A stretch of 52,490 nucleotides of DNA from positions 1-52,490 of the IMG/VR virus record IMGVR_UViG_3300036785_000427. One strand, written 5' to 3'. This DNA comes from a virus. Its lineage: Duplodnaviria > Caudoviricetes. The position numbers and the translations under genes were made by a program. The notes under the pieces are model-generated. The model was not told the DNA's origin. It worked only from the letters and a program-made list of their open reading frames with translations, and did not search any database. How positions within the stretch are numbered: the stretch's first letter is position 1; each line of letters opens with the position of its first letter. Positions 26,499 to 34,981 of this stretch are shown here, piece after piece.

Positions 26499-29400
26499 GG
26501 GCCACCTTCAGAACCTACGGAGCTATCTCCACCATCTCCACCCCCACTATCTCCTCCTCCACCACCTCCTCCACCATCATCTCCCTTACCTCCCCCACCT
26601 CCACCATCTCCACCCTTGTCTCCTCCATCTCCACCCTTTTCCTTATCTCCTCTTACCTTAATTTCTGGTAGTTCGGTAATCCCGGTATCCCCTCTACCAC
26701 CACCACCACCACGATCTCCCCCTGGACCAGTACCAGCCCCTTGGGCTCCAAGTTTACCTCTACTATCTGAACCTTGATATTCAACTGGTTTCTCTTTCCC
26801 ATCACCATGGGATGCTTCTGACGGACGACTATCCTCTCTCATATTAACATCCTGGTCAGAATGATTTCTTACGTTGAATGGTATCTGATTTTGTTGATCT
26901 TGGTCTAAATAATGAATAGGCTCTTGTGCCTGCATATGCGGCGGAGTATCCGGAGGTGTAGGCTGATTCCCTCGTGATGGAGGCCCAGGAGGAACCTTCG
27001 TATCCGGAGGTGTAGGAAATCCTTGCGTTGTTCCTGGTATGGGAGGTCCCCACGGAACAACCCAGTCTGGTAGTTTTGCTGGAGGTACTCCAGGAATTAG
27101 TGGAGGCGGTTTACCAAGAGGAATATTAGGAGGTATGGGTACAAATGTCCATCCAGGTGGAAATGGTGAACCAGGAAACCCAGGAGGAGGTATACCAGGA
27201 GGAAGTCGAGGAGGAAAAGGACCAGTAGGAGGAGTAGTAGGGGGAGGAGCACCAGGAGTAGGTATTCCTAATTTTGCATTAGTCTGAGGGCCAGCTACTC
27301 CATCAACAGTTAATTTATTATCAGATTGATATTTCTTTAAGGCATCTTCTGTCTCTTTTCCAAAGTCTCCATCAACTTTAACAGGATATCCAGCCTTTTT
27401 TAATGCTTCCTGGAGTTTTTTGACGTCTTCACCCTTATCATTTTTCTTCAATGGTCTTTGTTTGGGTGTTTCTTTTCCTTCTCCAGGTTTACTACCTCCT
27501 TGACCTCCATTATATTGTTTTGTCTTTTGATTATATTTTTTCCTCCACCATTCTATAAATTGTTCATTTGTTATATTATCAACTCCTCCCATTTTAGCTA
27601 ATTCATCAGCAGGTATATTCTTATAGACAGTTGCCTTACCCCAAGCTTCATTAGATGGATACCCATGAGTCCCAGGTTCTGCTTCAGCTAGAGCAGTCCA
27701 AGCTGGTCTATTTGGCTCAGCCTTATGTTTAGCGTATCCAGCCATACCTCTCTGATGAACCATATACATGTCAAAGGCAGTTGGTTCTTGTCCAGTCTTT
27801 TCCTTATATTTTTCCATTTCTGCTTTTAGTTTTTTAGCTCCAATCTTCATATTTTCTCCAGGATCAAAAATATTCTTCCCTCCTAATTGTTGAAATTCTT
27901 TATCTGATAACTGTAACAACCCCTTATACTTTCCAGTTGAATCGTTTGGATTTCCTCCGCTTTCTATTCCAACAAATGTCCTCAACATTTCTTCACTGAG
28001 ACCAGACTCTTCTGCAGCGGCTTTAATAGCTCGATCAACTTCTGGTTTAAATTGAGAACTTCCTCCAGCAGGAGTAGAAGTAGGACCAGTTCCAGGTTTG
28101 TGAGTTCCTGCCGTTCGTGCAGGTTGCCCACCTCTCGGTAGATTCTTTTTGTCCCATCCAAACTCTTTAACAGGATCCTTAACTACTTGTTGCCAACCTT
28201 TAGTGCCTCTAATAGGTGGTCCACTCCAACGTTCAAAATGCAAATGTTCAACACCATTAGCCGTTCCACTTTTTCCTATTTGTTGACCACCCTTAACACG
28301 ATCACCAATATTTCCAATACGTTCAGACAGATGCATAAAGGTAGAATACGTACCATCATCATGCTTAATAGTAGTTATCTTCGTACCAAAATTATCTGAA
28401 CCAAAACTATCGATTGTACCATCTAATGGAGAATAAACAGGGCTCCCTTTTGGAGCCATAATATCAATACCTTGATGTTGCCCTGCTCCTCTACTACTAC
28501 CACTTCCTACACCTCCTCCTAATGACGTTCCAGTAATAGGATCATAAAGTACTGGTTTATTAGGATCAGCAGGAGGAGTAACAGGAGGAGTAACAGGAGG
28601 AGGCTGGCCTTCAGGAGTACCAGGAGGAGCTTCTCTTCCAGGCATAGGTGCCCGTCGTCCTGGTCTTGAACCAGGAATAGGGCTTGGAGTACCAGGAATT
28701 CTAGGTGGAGCAGGGACTGGAGGAGGAGCTGGACGACCACCGGGGACTGGTTGTCCTACTGTTTTTCCTGCTGCTACCATATCACGTTGAAGTGCAGTCA
28801 ATCCTCCAGGATAAGCACTATCGATTAAAGATCTTGCAGTTCCTCCTAAAAGCCCTGCTTTTTGATCTATCATTTGAGAAATCGTAGTTTTACCACTCAA
28901 GAGATCAGCCTTCTCTTGAGGTGTCATCTTATCAATATAACTTTGAGCTTGTGTTCTATATCGTTCTGGAAGTTTCTTTAATACAGAACTAAGTGCTTGA
29001 TCTGGAGTAACTGTAGAAACAGGTGGAGCAGGTGGAGCAGGTGGAGCAGGTGGAGCAGTAGGCCCTATCGGAACACGTCGTCCTGGCACAGTGCCAGGAA
29101 TCCTAGGAGCAGCAGAAGGCCTAGGAGTAAATGGCGGATATAAAGCTTTAAGTTCTTCACCTTTCAAATGAGTCAATTTTAAGCTGCTGAGAGCATTGTT
29201 TTGTGTTATCCATTTCTGTATTTCTGGTGGATAATCTTTCATCATTTGTTGATTAGTAATTGGATCCATAGTAGGAACAGGTTTTCCATTTACATCCTTA
29301 AAATAAAATGATGAATGAAATCCCAAGTCAGCAGCATCAGTAGTAAAGAGACGTTCTTTAGGGATAAATGATGTTGCAAAAGTACCAGCAGAATCAAGAT

Positions 29401-31882
29401 GTCCACCAAGAACTACATTTGCTTTAGTATCAGCTAATTGTTTATAAAAATTTTGGAAACTAGGGACGATACCACCTGGAGAATCTAAAATCGTATAAGT
29501 ATTTTGCGGTGCATTTATTTTGACATCATAATAACTTTGATTAGGAAGAGAGGGTGGACGAGGCATATGTAAAGAATGTATCTGTTCTGCTGGATTAAAC
29601 GCAGCCGGATCATATGCTGGCTGAGCACTGGGATCAATAATATCTTTAGTAGGAAACTCCTGATGAGGAATAGAGGGTTGTTGCGAAGGAATTGGTCCTC
29701 GATGCCACGGTCTCTGAAGTGGGTCACCACGCTGAGGTATTCCAGTTGGTCTAGGTTGCTGAGAAGGCAATGGTCCTCGATGCCACGGTCTCTGAAGCTG
29801 ACCTTGTACACCAGCACGCTGAGGTATCCTAGATGGAGCAGGAGGAGCAAATCTACCCTGTGGTGTTGGTCTAGGCTGTGGTGAAGGTCTAGTTGGCCCA
29901 GTTGGATGAGTTGGTACACCTGATGGTAATCCCGGTATAGTTGATGGAGGTCCTCCTGGTATTCTAGGAGGAACTGGCGCAGCACCAGGAGCTCTAGGAA
30001 TTCCAGGAGCACCAGTACCTGGAGGAGCACCAGGAACACCGGGACCTATACCAGGAATACCACTAGGAGGAGGGGGAGGAGCAGTAGGGTCAGTAGGATT
30101 TACTACTATAGGACCTATTTCAACACCACCTGTAGATGGAGGAGCACCAGTAGTTCCAGGAAATCCAGGAGAACCAGGAATACCTGGAGTCTTAGGAGCA
30201 CTAGGAACACCAGTACCAGGAACACTAGGAGCGCCAGATCTTCCTGGCATTCCAGGAGTACGAGGGGGAGCAGGAGAAGGAGCAGGAGAAGGAGTAGGGG
30301 AAGGAGTAGGGGAAGGAGCACCAGGAGGTCCAGGACGGCTTCCTGGACCTAAACCACCTCCTGGACCTAAACGACCTCCTGGACCTAAACGACCTCCAGG
30401 TCCTACACGACCTCCAGGTCCTACACGACCTCCAGGTCCTACACGACCTTCCAACCCTGTACGACCTCCAAGTCTCCTATTAAAAATACCAGGAACATCA
30501 GAAACATCTGGAGAAACAGAAACACTAGGAGGAAAATCTTCCCCAGTTCTAGTAGGTGCTCCTGATGGGGCTGATATCCGCGGACTAGGACCAGTAATTC
30601 CTGGTACTCTAGGAGAAGGTCGGATTACTGGCTGGCCAGCTTGAGCTCTACCAGCTTGGACTTGGGCATCAGAAAGTTCCTTTGCAGAAGCTGCAGAGAT
30701 AAAATCAAATTGCTTTCCAAACCAGATTACTGTATCTCTTGCGTCTATTAAAATCTTAATTATACTCTTTATTTCTTTTATAGAGTCATTTATCCCTTCT
30801 ATAGGCTTTTCAGATTTTAACCACTCTCCAAGTGCAGTTAAATTAGTCTCAATTGAACTAATCATTTTTTGTGAAAAAGGCAATTCTAAAAATGTCTTCA
30901 CAAATTTTATAATCGCCTTACTTAATTCAGTAAGTGCTTTCACAAAGTTTGAATTAGGATCAGCCAATTTTTCAGCAATAATATTTGTGATCTGGATTCC
31001 TGCCTTTTTAACTTGGATAACAAACTCTTTCCAGCCCTCAATAGCCTTTCCTGATATTTCAAACATTCCCTTATGTTTTTCATAAAGCTTTGCTTTCTCC
31101 CTCAAATCTTCTTCACTTATATTCTTTAGACCAATCAAAAACTGCGGGCTGAAAAGCGCAGTCAAACCAAACTTTTCAGCCATAAATAACTCTGTTCCCT
31201 GTTTCTGAGATTTCATAAACTTTTGCGCAGCTAACATCATTTCAACAGCTAAATCAGCAGAATTTTTTATATTTTGAACTCCCAAAATCTGCATAGCAAG
31301 ATATTGCCGGGATGTTCTATTTGCTTGAGCTCGCATCACATTAGGCAATATATTAGGATCATCTGGCAATCCAGCAAATGTAGTACGAAGTGCTCGAACA
31401 CCACCTACTGTAGATAGAGTCCCAGACGCAAGAAGCCAGTCCTGGAGCATAGAATCCCCAAGACCGACCATCGCATCCCACAACCATTTTGCTAATCCAG
31501 CCCCACCAATGACTAGATTAAATGCAGTTTTTGCTGTAAAAACAACACCGGCTATCGCAAAACCAACAGGACCAAATCTCGCAGCTAAGGCTTCAAAAGA
31601 CATACTCTTCATAAATGCTTTGCCGAAACTTCCCATCGAATTAAGTATTCGATCGATTTCTCGCTGGAAAGTTCTAGAAAGCTTCGCAAATAATTGAGCA
31701 GTGTGCTTGAGTTTGGTCGCAACTCCAGATTGAGCAACCTGAGCTTTTGCTAACTGTACATGAGGAACATTTTGATAAACTTGTTGTGCTTGAACCTGAA
31801 ATTTCTGCACATTTGCCATAAACGTGTTCATGGCATTCAAAAAATCTGGCGATATTGGGATTACAATCTGGGGATCAGCCAT
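26495..31882 (-). CDS. Tape measure-like protein 1 with ClpP-like, M23 peptidase, lysozyme-like and PG-binding domains
   Basis: Follows tail chaperone; helical N-terminus; DSPGG..SA..LGFH; HQGID...HLHFE; IESGGNP..GLLQ; VDGDFGKETEDALKKYQ; Pro-rich linkers. Confidence 0.8.
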   Translation of the reverse strand: MADPQIVIPISPDFLNAMNTFMANVQKFQVQAQQVYQNVPHVQLAKAQVAQSGVATKLKHTAQLFAKLSRTFQREIDRILNSMGSFGKAFMKSMSFEALAARFGPVGFAIAGVVFTAKTAFNLVIGGAGLAKWLWDAMVGLGDSMLQDWLLASGTLSTVGGVRALRTTFAGLPDDPNILPNVMRAQANRTSRQYLAMQILGVQNIKNSADLAVEMMLAAQKFMKSQKQGTELFMAEKFGLTALFSPQFLIGLKNISEEDLREKAKLYEKHKGMFEISGKAIEGWKEFVIQVKKAGIQITNIIAEKLADPNSNFVKALTELSKAIIKFVKTFLELPFSQKMISSIETNLTALGEWLKSEKPIEGINDSIKEIKSIIKILIDARDTVIWFGKQFDFISAASAKELSDAQVQAGRAQAGQPVIRPSPRVPGITGPSPRISAPSGAPTRTGEDFPPSVSVSPDVSDVPGIFNRRLGGRTGLEGRVGPGGRVGPGGRVGPGGRLGPGGRLGPGGGLGPGSRPGPPGAPSPTPSPTPSPAPSPAPPRTPGMPGRSGAPSVPGTGVPSAPKTPGIPGSPGFPGTTGAPPSTGGVEIGPIVVNPTDPTAPPPPPSGIPGIGPGVPGAPPGTGAPGIPRAPGAAPVPPRIPGGPPSTIPGLPSGVPTHPTGPTRPSPQPRPTPQGRFAPPAPSRIPQRAGVQGQLQRPWHRGPLPSQQPRPTGIPQRGDPLQRPWHRGPIPSQQPSIPHQEFPTKDIIDPSAQPAYDPAAFNPAEQIHSLHMPRPPSLPNQSYYDVKINAPQNTYTILDSPGGIVPSFQNFYKQLADTKANVVLGGHLDSAGTFATSFIPKERLFTTDAADLGFHSSFYFKDVNGKPVPTMDPITNQQMMKDYPPEIQKWITQNNALSSLKLTHLKGEELKALYPPFTPRPSAAPRIPGTVPGRRVPIGPTAPPAPPAPPAPPVSTVTPDQALSSVLKKLPERYRTQAQSYIDKMTPQEKADLLSGKTTISQMIDQKAGLLGGTARSLIDSAYPGGLTALQRDMVAAGKTVGQPVPGGRPAPPPVPAPPRIPGTPSPIPGSRPGRRAPMPGREAPPGTPEGQPPPVTPPVTPPADPNKPVLYDPITGTSLGGGVGSGSSRGAGQHQGIDIMAPKGSPVYSPLDGTIDSFGSDNFGTKITTIKHDDGTYSTFMHLSERIGNIGDRVKGGQQIGKSGTANGVEHLHFERWSGPPIRGTKGWQQVVKDPVKEFGWDKKNLPRGGQPARTAGTHKPGTGPTSTPAGGSSQFKPEVDRAIKAAAEESGLSEEMLRTFVGIESGGNPNDSTGKYKGLLQLSDKEFQQLGGKNIFDPGENMKIGAKKLKAEMEKYKEKTGQEPTAFDMYMVHQRGMAGYAKHKAEPNRPAWTALAEAEPGTHGYPSNEAWGKATVYKNIPADELAKMGGVDNITNEQFIEWWRKKYNQKTKQYNGGQGGSKPGEGKETPKQRPLKKNDKGEDVKKLQEALKKAGYPVKVDGDFGKETEDALKKYQSDNKLTVDGVAGPQTNAKLGIPTPGAPPPTTPPTGPFPPRLPPGIPPPGFPGSPFPPGWTFVPIPPNIPLGKPPPLIPGVPPAKLPDWVVPWGPPIPGTTQGFPTPPDTKVPPGPPSRGNQPTPPDTPPHMQAQEPIHYLDQDQQNQIPFNVRNHSDQDVNMREDSRPSEASHGDGKEKPVEYQGSDSRGKLGAQGAGTGPGGDRGGGGGRGDTGITELPEIKVRGDKEKGGDGGDKGGDGGGGGGKGDDGGGGGGGGDSGGGDGGDSSVGSEGGP
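30342..30467 (-). repeat. 18-bp coding tandem repeat (GR[V/L]GPG) about 7 copies
   Basis: CCTGGACCTAAACGACCT / CCAGGTCCTACACGACCT units. Confidence 0.9.
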
Positions 31883-32185
31883 CTAAGCCTTCCACATTGC
31901 AATCATATATCGCTGCTGCCACTGGAGTCGAGTTCCATGTGGCCAAGCTAATTCAAACTGATCAAAAAAGTCGCTAAACCCTTCGTCGGTCAACCAAGAC
32001 ATACAAGATTGAACTATTGATTCACTACCATTGGCTTCTCGCCAATACTCTCTTCCACTGTCGAGGTCGGCAAGGAACGCATATATTCCGTAACATTCAA
32101 TAAGGTAGTTTGCGCGTTCCAAAGAGTGTTCAAGCCTTCCGTCGCCACCGCCAACTCCGCCTTTAAGTGAATTGACGAGGCGCAT
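31883..32185 (-). CDS. Possible tail chaperone extension (gpT-like) in -1 frame
   Basis: Overlaps the chaperone in -1 frame and ends directly at the tape measure start; true start unknown. Confidence 0.45.
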   Translation of the reverse strand: MRLVNSLKGGVGGGDGRLEHSLERANYLIECYGIYAFLADLDSGREYWREANGSESIVQSCMSWLTDEGFSDFFDQFELAWPHGTRLQWQQRYMIAMWKA

Positions 32186-32586
32186 GTAAAATATACGATG
32201 CAGTTTTCCACCTCCGCTGCTGCATCATCAGACAGTATTCCACGTTTCTTGGACACATCAAATGGCATAGAATCCCAACCATTTTCTGTTGGAGCAATGA
32301 CATTTGTCAACCGGTAGATCTCTGCCATTAGTGACTGCTGAGTGCGTTCCCAGACTCCAAGAGTCTTGGCTTCTTGTTTAAGCAATAGAGCCGCTACTCG
32401 CGGCCCTGTAACTGGTCCTAGTCCATTTGTGTAGACGGCGGTAAAAGCTCTCGAGATAACAAGAAAATTGTCCTCAAACACTTCCCTACCTATGGGAACT
32501 GAGTGGACATGAGCCGGACCGTTTTCTGTATCTACACTAAGAACCAGGTTAAGTTTTCTATTTAACTTTACCTGTCCATCAGCCAT
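32014..32586 (-). CDS. Tail assembly chaperone
   Basis: Between tube and tape measure; GGGAG RBS. Confidence 0.7.
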   Translation of the reverse strand: MADGQVKLNRKLNLVLSVDTENGPAHVHSVPIGREVFEDNFLVISRAFTAVYTNGLGPVTGPRVAALLLKQEAKTLGVWERTQQSLMAEIYRLTNVIAPTENGWDSMPFDVSKKRGILSDDAAAEVENCIVYFTCASSIHLKAELAVATEGLNTLWNAQTTLLNVTEYMRSLPTSTVEESIGEKPMVVNQ

Positions 32587-32600
32587 ATATTACTCCCTGG

Positions 32601-33041
32601 TTAAGTTCCGAAGAATCCTGTGTTGACATTGTAATAGCCACGAGCTGTGACTACCATTGCTGCTTCCATTCCTGCAAATGCCATTTCTCGGACACTTTCC
32701 AGTGCCACGTTATTAATAATGTATGGATTCAATACGTCTGTATCTGGTATAATAGAAGTAAGCCCAATAAGAGTTGTATCCTCAAATTGGAGCTTGTAAA
32801 GAGACGCAAGCACAGAACTGCGCACAATCGACATCGTGATTGACGCAGCAAGATATGGTGCTGGACTACTGACCAAGCTGACCATTGCCGGAAGCAGGTC
32901 TGTTGCATTTCCTTCCAACGCGAGGCGAATACCCTCCGTTGTAAGAAAATTGCTTGTGACATTTAGTTCAGGAAAGTCAGCAAAAATTACCGAGGCCCGG
33001 AGCCGATTCAGGACGCCGGGAGGAGTGAACTGAAAGGCCAT
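32601..33041 (-). CDS. Tail tube protein
   Basis: 146 aa, directly after sheath; G.LNRLRASV, V.SPAPY, RGYY.VN. Confidence 0.75.
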   Translation of the reverse strand: MAFQFTPPGVLNRLRASVIFADFPELNVTSNFLTTEGIRLALEGNATDLLPAMVSLVSSPAPYLAASITMSIVRSSVLASLYKLQFEDTTLIGLTSIIPDTDVLNPYIINNVALESVREMAFAGMEAAMVVTARGYYNVNTGFFGT

Positions 33042-33052
33042 GGGCTAACCTC

Positions 33053-34684
33053 CTAGAGTGAAACAAGGTCGGTTGCAACCACATTCACAAGGATATGAAT
33101 GAAGCCACGCGCAGGGATGAACAGGGTTGACAACCCGTCATATTCTCCAATCTTATAATCTCCCGGGTTGGCCAGAGTATAGTTTAAGAACGGAACGGCA
33201 TTGACATTGCACTTTCCAGCAAACTGGCCTCCATTAATAGCCGCAGAAAGATCTGGACCATCGTAACCTGTCATTTCGATCTTTCCCAGAACCATGCCAA
33301 AGGTTGAAGCACTCTGCATAGTGTGGAAAAGAACAGTTTCTAGGTAGTTGATTCCATCCTGATTATAGTACAACGGTGCAAGTGGATTGTTGGAACCATT
33401 AATGATAGCATTGCTGAGATTCAGGTTAACCTCAATCTGGATCCAATCGATTGTATACCACCAGTTGAAGTAGTCATGCCCATCGAGCGTAACTCCTTCA
33501 TAAACCATGGTGAAACTGATACCACCCTCTGCTCCGGTAGAAACATAGTTCGTGTTTGCAGACTTAAAGTTTCGAAGCAACGGACCATGATTCTTTTGCG
33601 GGTACTCCGTCACTCCAAAGAGGAACTTAAACGCCATTGGTGAAACACGATTCGTGTTTGATGGTCGATAGGCCAAGGCATTATAGAACATCGCTGCCAG
33701 AGTAAATTCACCACCTGGATCAATAAAATTTTGAATTAACCATTCTGCTGGAACAGTACCTTCAGCAGGAGCAAAGATTAAGGTCGGATCCTGCAAAGCA
33801 GGTGCTTCAACCATTTGGATCACATCCTTGAAGGATGATCCAGTGCCTTTGGTTCCACCAGAACCCAATTGACCTGGGAAGAATAGATTCATATATGATT
33901 GCAAAGGCCATTCTTTACTATTTCCATCGGCTACAGTCAGCCAGAAATACTCCATCGTATTAGATGGAGCCTCATACTGTTTCAACAGATTTGTGAGTGG
34001 GAGAGGGAGAGCAGCAGTACCAAGAATACTTGGATCACAACCAAATTTACGTGGAAACAGGAATGCATAGATAGTTAATGGATTATTGGCCAGCCAATTT
34101 GCAAGAGCTGCGACGTTATTGGCTGGATTTGCATCCCAACCAAGTTCCAGAACCCACACTCCAACTTCATTTCCTTGGCCAAAGAAAGAATTTGCCATCT
34201 GCTGCAATTCAATAGTATTATGAAGTGTCACTGTTCCCATCGGTGCAGTAGCCGTTCCCGGGCTAACAGCAACAGGATACGTAAATACGTCCGCACTTAT
34301 AAGAGTAGCATTGTAGAGACCATTATAACCCGGACCAATAGGAGTGAACCCGGACATAACAACTGGGAATAAATCTCCAGTCTTAACTCCTGGAATAGCT
34401 GTTGGACAGGTAACAGTCACTACTCCTGCTGCCCATACTACAGAAGTGACTGCCAACGGAACATGGAGTAGTGGAGGTCCCGCCGGATTGTCAACCGTAG
34501 GCACAAACAAATCTGACAATTGTGTCAGTAAGTTCGTGTCACCAACATTCGTGGTGGTCGCCCCAAAGGACAAGAAGCATCCGGTCCGCTGATAGTTGAT
34601 AGGGGTTGGAGCCTCAATGATTGAAACGTGGACCGTTACAATCGCATTCGGATCCGTACTAAATTGAGTCTGAACACCAGTCAT
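33053..34684 (-). CDS. Tail sheath protein
   Basis: 543 aa; NYV.TGAEGG, FNWWY.IDW.Q, NAIINGSN....LYYNQDGI. Confidence 0.85.
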   Translation of the reverse strand: MTGVQTQFSTDPNAIVTVHVSIIEAPTPINYQRTGCFLSFGATTTNVGDTNLLTQLSDLFVPTVDNPAGPPLLHVPLAVTSVVWAAGVVTVTCPTAIPGVKTGDLFPVVMSGFTPIGPGYNGLYNATLISADVFTYPVAVSPGTATAPMGTVTLHNTIELQQMANSFFGQGNEVGVWVLELGWDANPANNVAALANWLANNPLTIYAFLFPRKFGCDPSILGTAALPLPLTNLLKQYEAPSNTMEYFWLTVADGNSKEWPLQSYMNLFFPGQLGSGGTKGTGSSFKDVIQMVEAPALQDPTLIFAPAEGTVPAEWLIQNFIDPGGEFTLAAMFYNALAYRPSNTNRVSPMAFKFLFGVTEYPQKNHGPLLRNFKSANTNYVSTGAEGGISFTMVYEGVTLDGHDYFNWWYTIDWIQIEVNLNLSNAIINGSNNPLAPLYYNQDGINYLETVLFHTMQSASTFGMVLGKIEMTGYDGPDLSAAINGGQFAGKCNVNAVPFLNYTLANPGDYKIGEYDGLSTLFIPARGFIHILVNVVATDLVSL

Positions 34685-34714
34685 GGTTCACATTCCTCTG
34701 TAAGAAACTAGAAC

Positions 34715-34981
34715 TTACTTGGATTTCTTGTTGCGTTTATGATGAGGTACTGACTCAGATTCAGCCTCTTCCCCATTCCCAGGATTTCCAGAATTTTCCT
34801 CAGCTTCAGCCGCAGGCATTAACTCCTGTGCCATCTGAATCGTTGCTGTAAACGGAACAGTTTTGTTCGGCACATCTCCAGCACCAACAGCAGATAAAAC
34901 AGTCACTCCTCCTGGTTTCTGCGCTTTAGCAAGAATAGGATATTCAGCCGTGTAGACTGGCAGATATGTTGTCTGTGGCAT
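34715..34981 (-). CDS. Hypothetical protein
   Basis: Fills the gap between neck gene and sheath on the operon strand. Confidence 0.5.
   Translation of the reverse strand: MPQTTYLPVYTAEYPILAKAQKPGGVTVLSAVGAGDVPNKTVPFTATIQMAQELMPAAEAEENSGNPGNGEEAESESVPHHKRNKKSK

Noticed and set aside
20760-30321. Pro-rich + strand and Leu-rich alternative-frame ORFs in the tail region
   Set aside because: By-products of Gly/Pro codon repeats in the real genes
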